Shown one piece after another: positions 60,143-64,000 of a stretch of 64,000 bases of DNA (position 1 is its first letter; each line of letters begins with the position of its first letter). This DNA comes from Alphaproteobacteria bacterium. GTDB lineage: Bacteria; Pseudomonadota; Alphaproteobacteria; MPNO01. The notes under the pieces were generated by a model. The model saw only the letters and a program-made list of their open reading frames with translations. It was not told where the DNA came from and did not search any database. The stretch is from the NCBI GenBank assembly GCA_965248835.1, contig CBDFLJ010000001.1, forward strand, positions 352,001 to 416,000, given 5' to 3'. A program made the translations under genes and the position numbers.

Positions 60143-60633
60143 GGACGAAAGCGGCTGCCTTGGGTTCGGACATCGAGAGTTTCCTGATCCACGAAGTACG
60201 CCTCCTGGACGAGCGCCGCTTCGAGGAATGGATGAGCCTGTTCGCCGAGGACGGCTATTACTGGGTGCCCGCCGCACCGGACCAGACGGACCCCTATGAG
60301 GCGGTGTCGATCTTTTTCGACGACCGCGAGATGATGAGAACGCGGCTGGCGCGGCTCGACCACCCCAAGATCCATTCCCAGATCCCGGCCAGCCGCACCT
60401 GCCATTTCGTCTCCAACATCGACATCGAGGCGGCGTCGGGCGCGGACGACGGGATTCTGGTCCGTTCGAACCTGCTGATGCTGGAATACCGGCTCGACAA
60501 GCAGACCGCTTACGGCGGCCATTGCCGCCACCTGCTGCGCGTCAAGCCCGACGGCGGCTACGAGATCGCCTGGAAACGGGTCGATCTGATCAACTGCGAC
60601 GGCATCTTCGAGGTTCTGTCGGTGCCGTTTTGA
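60127..60633 (+). CDS. Ring-hydroxylating oxygenase beta subunit
   Basis: FL..E..LLD.RRF.EW..LF..DG.YW.P, R..RL, RT.H..SN, I..KRVDLIN. Start uncertain. Confidence 0.92.
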   Translation: MPRRLRTKAAALGSDIESFLIHEVRLLDERRFEEWMSLFAEDGYYWVPAAPDQTDPYEAVSIFFDDREMMRTRLARLDHPKIHSQIPASRTCHFVSNIDIEAASGADDGILVRSNLLMLEYRLDKQTAYGGHCRHLLRVKPDGGYEIAWKRVDLINCDGIFEVLSVPF

Positions 60634-60646
60634 GCCGACCGGCCCG

Positions 60647-61470
60647 TCAGACCGGCACCTCGCCCTCGACGGCGATGCGCCGCAGCAGGCGGCGTTCGCC
60701 GGGATCGAAGGCGGTGCGGGCGTGGAGCGTGCAGCGGTTGTCCCAGATCAGCAGGTCGCCGACGCGCCAGCGGTGCTCGTAGACGAACGCATCCCGCTCC
60801 ATGTGGTCGAACAGCTCATCGAGCAGCGCATCGCTCTCGGCCCGCTCCATTCCCTCGACCGACTCGGTGATCAGCCGGCAGACATAGAGCGCCTTGCGGC
60901 CGGTCCGGGGGTGGGTGCGCACGATCGGGTGGGTCCAGCGCGGCGCCTCCGGCCGGGCTGCGGCGCTGCGCTTGCAGGGGTTGCGCAGGTAATCGTAGAC
61001 GTTGAGCGCACGCCGCCCTTCGATCCGGTCTCTGGTCGCCGGCGGCAGCGCGTCATAGGCCGCGTAGGTGTTGGCGAACCGCGTGTTGCCGCCGGCCGAC
61101 GGGACTTCGATCGCGTGCAGGCTGGTCGCCGAGGCCGGCACCTCGAAATAGCACTGATCGGAATGAAACCAGACCTCGCCCTCGGGCAGGATCGCGTCGT
61201 CGCGCACGTTCGAGACATAGAGCACCGCCTCATGCTCGATCTCCATGCCGAATTGGACGCGCGCGGTCTGGTTCTGGATGGTGCCGAAATTGGCGCAGAA
61301 CGCGATCTGCTGGTCGTTGTCGAGCGTCTGGCCGCGGATCAGCAGCACCTGGTGGTCAAGCCACGCCCGCTCGATTCCTCGAACGTCGCCCGGTCCAGCG
61401 GTTGGGCGAGATCGACGCCGCCGACCTCGCAGCCGAGGGCATCGGACAACCGGGTCAACGTGATCGCCAT
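60647..61470 (-). CDS. TauD/TfdA family Fe(II)/2-oxoglutarate dioxygenase, split by an apparent -1 frameshift near 61376
   Basis: N-part MAITLTRLSDALGCEVGGVDL with GGAGG RBS; C-part HSD, GGNT.FAN, HP.VR.HP.TGRKALY, WDNR.TLHAR. Adding one A restores FEEIERAWLDHQVLL. Confidence 0.88.
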
Positions 61471-61562
61471 GGCCGTGCCTCCGTAATGCCGGGCGCCGAG
61501 TCTAGCGCAGCCGCGCCCCGTTGCCGAGCCGGGTTCCTGCCGCACTCGGCGCGGTTGGGGGA

Positions 61563-61591
61563 TTGCGGCGATTTGGCCGCACGGCTAGGCT
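61563..61591 (+). promoter_or_regulatory. Putative promoter of the riboswitch-btuB transcript
   Basis: TTGCGG-N17-TAGGCT ending just before the riboswitch 5' end. Confidence 0.45.
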
Positions 61592-61595
61592 TCGC

Positions 61596-61780
61596 CCAGT
61601 GACGGTTCCCTTCGGGGAGGCAAGAGGGAACAGGGAACGGCGGCACCCCGAAGAGGTGCGTCGAAGCCCTGGCTGCCCCCGCAACTGTGAGCGGCGAGCG
61701 CGCGCCCGACCGATGCCACTGGGAAACTGGGAAGGCAGGGCGCGAGTCGAGACCCGCGAGCCAGGAGACCTGCCGGCACA
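61596..61780 (+). ncRNA. Cobalamin (B12) riboswitch
   Basis: GGTTCC...AAGAGGGAA..GG, GCTGCCCCCGCAACTGT, GCCACTGGGAAACTGGGAAGGC, B12 box GAGCCAGGAGACCTGCC; sits upstream of a TonB-dependent receptor. Confidence 0.96.
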
Positions 61781-61880
61781 GCGTCACCCAACCGCCGGCC
61801 GGGGTGTGTCAGTGGGGACGGAAGCCCCGTCGGCGGTGACGCGCGGAAACGTGTCGTCACCGAAGGTTGGGGAAACCGTC

Positions 61881-63824
61881 ATGACAATCGATATTCGAAC
61901 CCTGGCAGCGGCCGTGCTCGCCGCGAGCGTGGCTACCACTGTCCGGGCGGCGGACGATCCGGTGCGCGGGCAAGCCGACATCGTGGTCTCGGCGAGCCGG
62001 ATCGAGGTGCCGGCCGAGGAGATCGGCACCGCGGCGACGGTGCTCGACCGCGAACAGATCGAGGACAGCCAGACGCGGGTGACCTCCGACATCCTGCGGC
62101 AGGTCCCGAGTGTGGCGGTCAACCGCAGCGGCCCGGTCGGTACCTTCACCCAGATCCGCATCCGCGGGGCGGAGGCCAACCAGACCCACGTGCGCATCGA
62201 CGGGATCGAGGTGAGCGATCCGGCGTCCAGCAACGAGTTCGATTTCGCCAACCTCCTCGCCACCGACATCGAGCGCGTGACCGTCCTGCGCGGTGCCCAG
62301 AGCGCTCTCTACGGCAGCGACGCGCTGGCCGGCGTGATCGACATCCGCACCCGGCGCGGCGAAGGCCCGTTTTCGATCGAGGGTTTCGCCGAGGGCGGCT
62401 CGTTCGCGACCACGACCGGCAATGTCAGGCTCGGCGCCGGCAACGAGCATCACGACTACGCGCTGTCGGTGACCGGGCTGCGCAGCGACGGGATCAACAT
62501 CTCGCAGTTCGGCGACGAAAAGGACGGCTATCGCAACCTGTCGACATCGTTCGTCGGCGCGGTGCGGCCGCGCGAGTCCGTCGAGATCGAGGCCGCAGCC
62601 CGTTACACCCGCTTCAGGCTCGAGACCGATGACGACGACTTCGCCTCTCCGGCCACCCCGACCCAGGGGCTGGTCATCGACACCGACGACGATTCCAAAG
62701 GGTGGTTCTTTTACGGTCGGCTGGGCGGCGCGGCAGAGCTGATCGAGGACAAGTTGACGCAGAAAGTCGAGGTCGCATTCACCGACACCAAGCGCGAGGG
62801 CTTCGCTGCGGGCACCCGCGAGGTGCTGCGCAAGGGCGACCGGCTGAAGGTCGGCACCCAGTCGCTCCTGTCCTTGCGGACGCCCGGGATCGCCGATGCT
62901 GAGCACCATTTCGTTGCCGGATACGAGTACGAACGGGCGCGCTTCGACAAGTCCGAGTTCGGCGTCGCCCTGGAACGAAAGATCGTCGAGCACAGCGTCA
63001 TCGGCGAGTACCGCATTGGGCTGATCGACAGGGTTTTTCTGTCTGGCGCGGTCCGGCGCGACTGGAACGAGTTCTTCGACGACGCGGCCACTTGGCGGGT
63101 GACGGCCGCGATCCTGGTGCCGGAAACCGAGGCTCGCATCCATGGCAGCTACGGCACCGGGGTGACCGATCCGACCTTCGATGACCTGTTCGGCTTCGAT
63201 CCCGATTCCTTCGTCGGCAACCCGTCGCTGCAACCGGAAGAGTCCAGGAGCTATGATGTCGGGGTCGAGGTCTCGCTGGCCAGCGGTCGCGCGGTCTTGG
63301 ATGTGACCTATTTCCACGCCACTCTGGAGAACGAGATCGTCCCGACCTTCGATCCCGCCACCTTCCTCGGATCGGTCGTCAACCTGGCCGCGGACAGCAA
63401 GCGGCGGGGCGTCGAGGTGAGCCTGACTGCGCGTCCGATGCCCGGCCTGTCGGTGACCGGCAGCTACACGTACACGCGGTCGCGGGACGGCACCGGATCG
63501 GCGGAGATCCGCCGGCCGCGCGACCTCGTCAGCCTCAACGGGGCCTACCGTTTCATGAACGACCGCGCGATGATCAACCTCGGCATCGACTATAACGGCG
63601 ACCAGGAGGACAACCGGTTCTTCGTGACCATGCCGCCGAGGCGGGTGACGCTCGATTCCTACACCTTGGTCAGCCTCGCGGGATCCTACAGACTCGGCGA
63701 CGGCGTCGAGGTTTTCGCGCGGGTGGAGAATGCGCTCGATGAGACCTATCAGGAGGTCTTCTCGTCCCGAACGCACGGCATCGCCGGCTTCGCCGGCGTT
63801 CGGGCCAAGCTCTGGCCCAACTGA
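61881..63824 (+). CDS. btuB: TonB-dependent cobalamin receptor
   Basis: Signal peptide, TonB box (IVVSASR), plug domain (IRGA....T.V.IDG, IER..VLRG.QSALYGSDA.AGVI.I), NP.L.PE.S; downstream of the B12 riboswitch. Confidence 0.9.
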   Translation: MTIDIRTLAAAVLAASVATTVRAADDPVRGQADIVVSASRIEVPAEEIGTAATVLDREQIEDSQTRVTSDILRQVPSVAVNRSGPVGTFTQIRIRGAEANQTHVRIDGIEVSDPASSNEFDFANLLATDIERVTVLRGAQSALYGSDALAGVIDIRTRRGEGPFSIEGFAEGGSFATTTGNVRLGAGNEHHDYALSVTGLRSDGINISQFGDEKDGYRNLSTSFVGAVRPRESVEIEAAARYTRFRLETDDDDFASPATPTQGLVIDTDDDSKGWFFYGRLGGAAELIEDKLTQKVEVAFTDTKREGFAAGTREVLRKGDRLKVGTQSLLSLRTPGIADAEHHFVAGYEYERARFDKSEFGVALERKIVEHSVIGEYRIGLIDRVFLSGAVRRDWNEFFDDAATWRVTAAILVPETEARIHGSYGTGVTDPTFDDLFGFDPDSFVGNPSLQPEESRSYDVGVEVSLASGRAVLDVTYFHATLENEIVPTFDPATFLGSVVNLAADSKRRGVEVSLTARPMPGLSVTGSYTYTRSRDGTGSAEIRRPRDLVSLNGAYRFMNDRAMINLGIDYNGDQEDNRFFVTMPPRRVTLDSYTLVSLAGSYRLGDGVEVFARVENALDETYQEVFSSRTHGIAGFAGVRAKLWPN

Positions 63825-63827
63825 GCG

Positions 63828-64000
63828 ATGGCCGGCCAGCCGGCTGCGATAGCCCTCGCCTGCGCGATAGCGCTCGCAGCCGTGCCGGCCGCGGGGGCGA
63901 AGCCGGCGCGCATCGTTTCGATCAATGTCTGCACCGACCAGCTCGTGCTTATGCTGGCCGAACGAGCCCGCATCGTTTCACTCAGTTTTCTGGCGACCGA
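63828..64000 (+). CDS. btuF: Cobalamin ABC transporter substrate-binding protein, 3'-truncated by the window edge
   Basis: Hand translation MAGQPAAIALACAIALAAVPAAGAKPARIVSINVCTDQLVLMLA... shows a signal peptide and the P.RIVS.N.CTDQL motif. Confidence 0.8.
   Translation, partial: MAGQPAAIALACAIALAAVPAAGAKPARIVSINVCTDQLVLMLAERARIVSLSFLAT

Overview
High-GC (roughly 68-70% by eye), gene-dense chromosomal window. Gene content and synteny point to an Alphaproteobacterium, probably Rhodospirillales-like. Core blocks are: 3' part of carB, rpe and a heparinase II/III-like gene; fhs; a Suv3-like helicase-hsp15-terB-fdxA-carD cluster; htpG; acnA divergent from a complete ccmABCDEFGHI set; gor, class II DAHP synthase, nadE, cysS, cimA, trmJ and rpsD; and a cobalamin riboswitch ahead of btuB-btuF. 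Between them sit several small catabolic modules with no regulator: MFS/class II aldolase-like/Rid, pip/His-tailed orphan/hydantoinase-oxoprolinase AB, amidohydrolase, ICL/PEP-mutase lyase, a PhtD-like enzyme, LLM/BCCP/carboxyltransferase, and VOC/Rieske oxygenase/TauD. I saw no tRNA, rRNA, CRISPR array, integrase or transposase. nadE and the TauD-like gene each carry a single-base indel in a short homopolymer, most likely assembly errors. The best novelty candidates are (1) an F420-type LLM + BCCP + divergent carboxyltransferase operon with no biotin carboxylase, (2) a His/Asp-tailed orphan inside a pip-hydantoinase operon, (3) a eukaryote/Bacteroidetes-type CarB, (4) a candidate sRNA or attenuator before ccmA, (5) an AT-rich palindromic insert between ccmB and ccmC, and (6) a SLOG/adenylate cyclase divergon. 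All product calls come from motif recognition by eye; no database searches were run.
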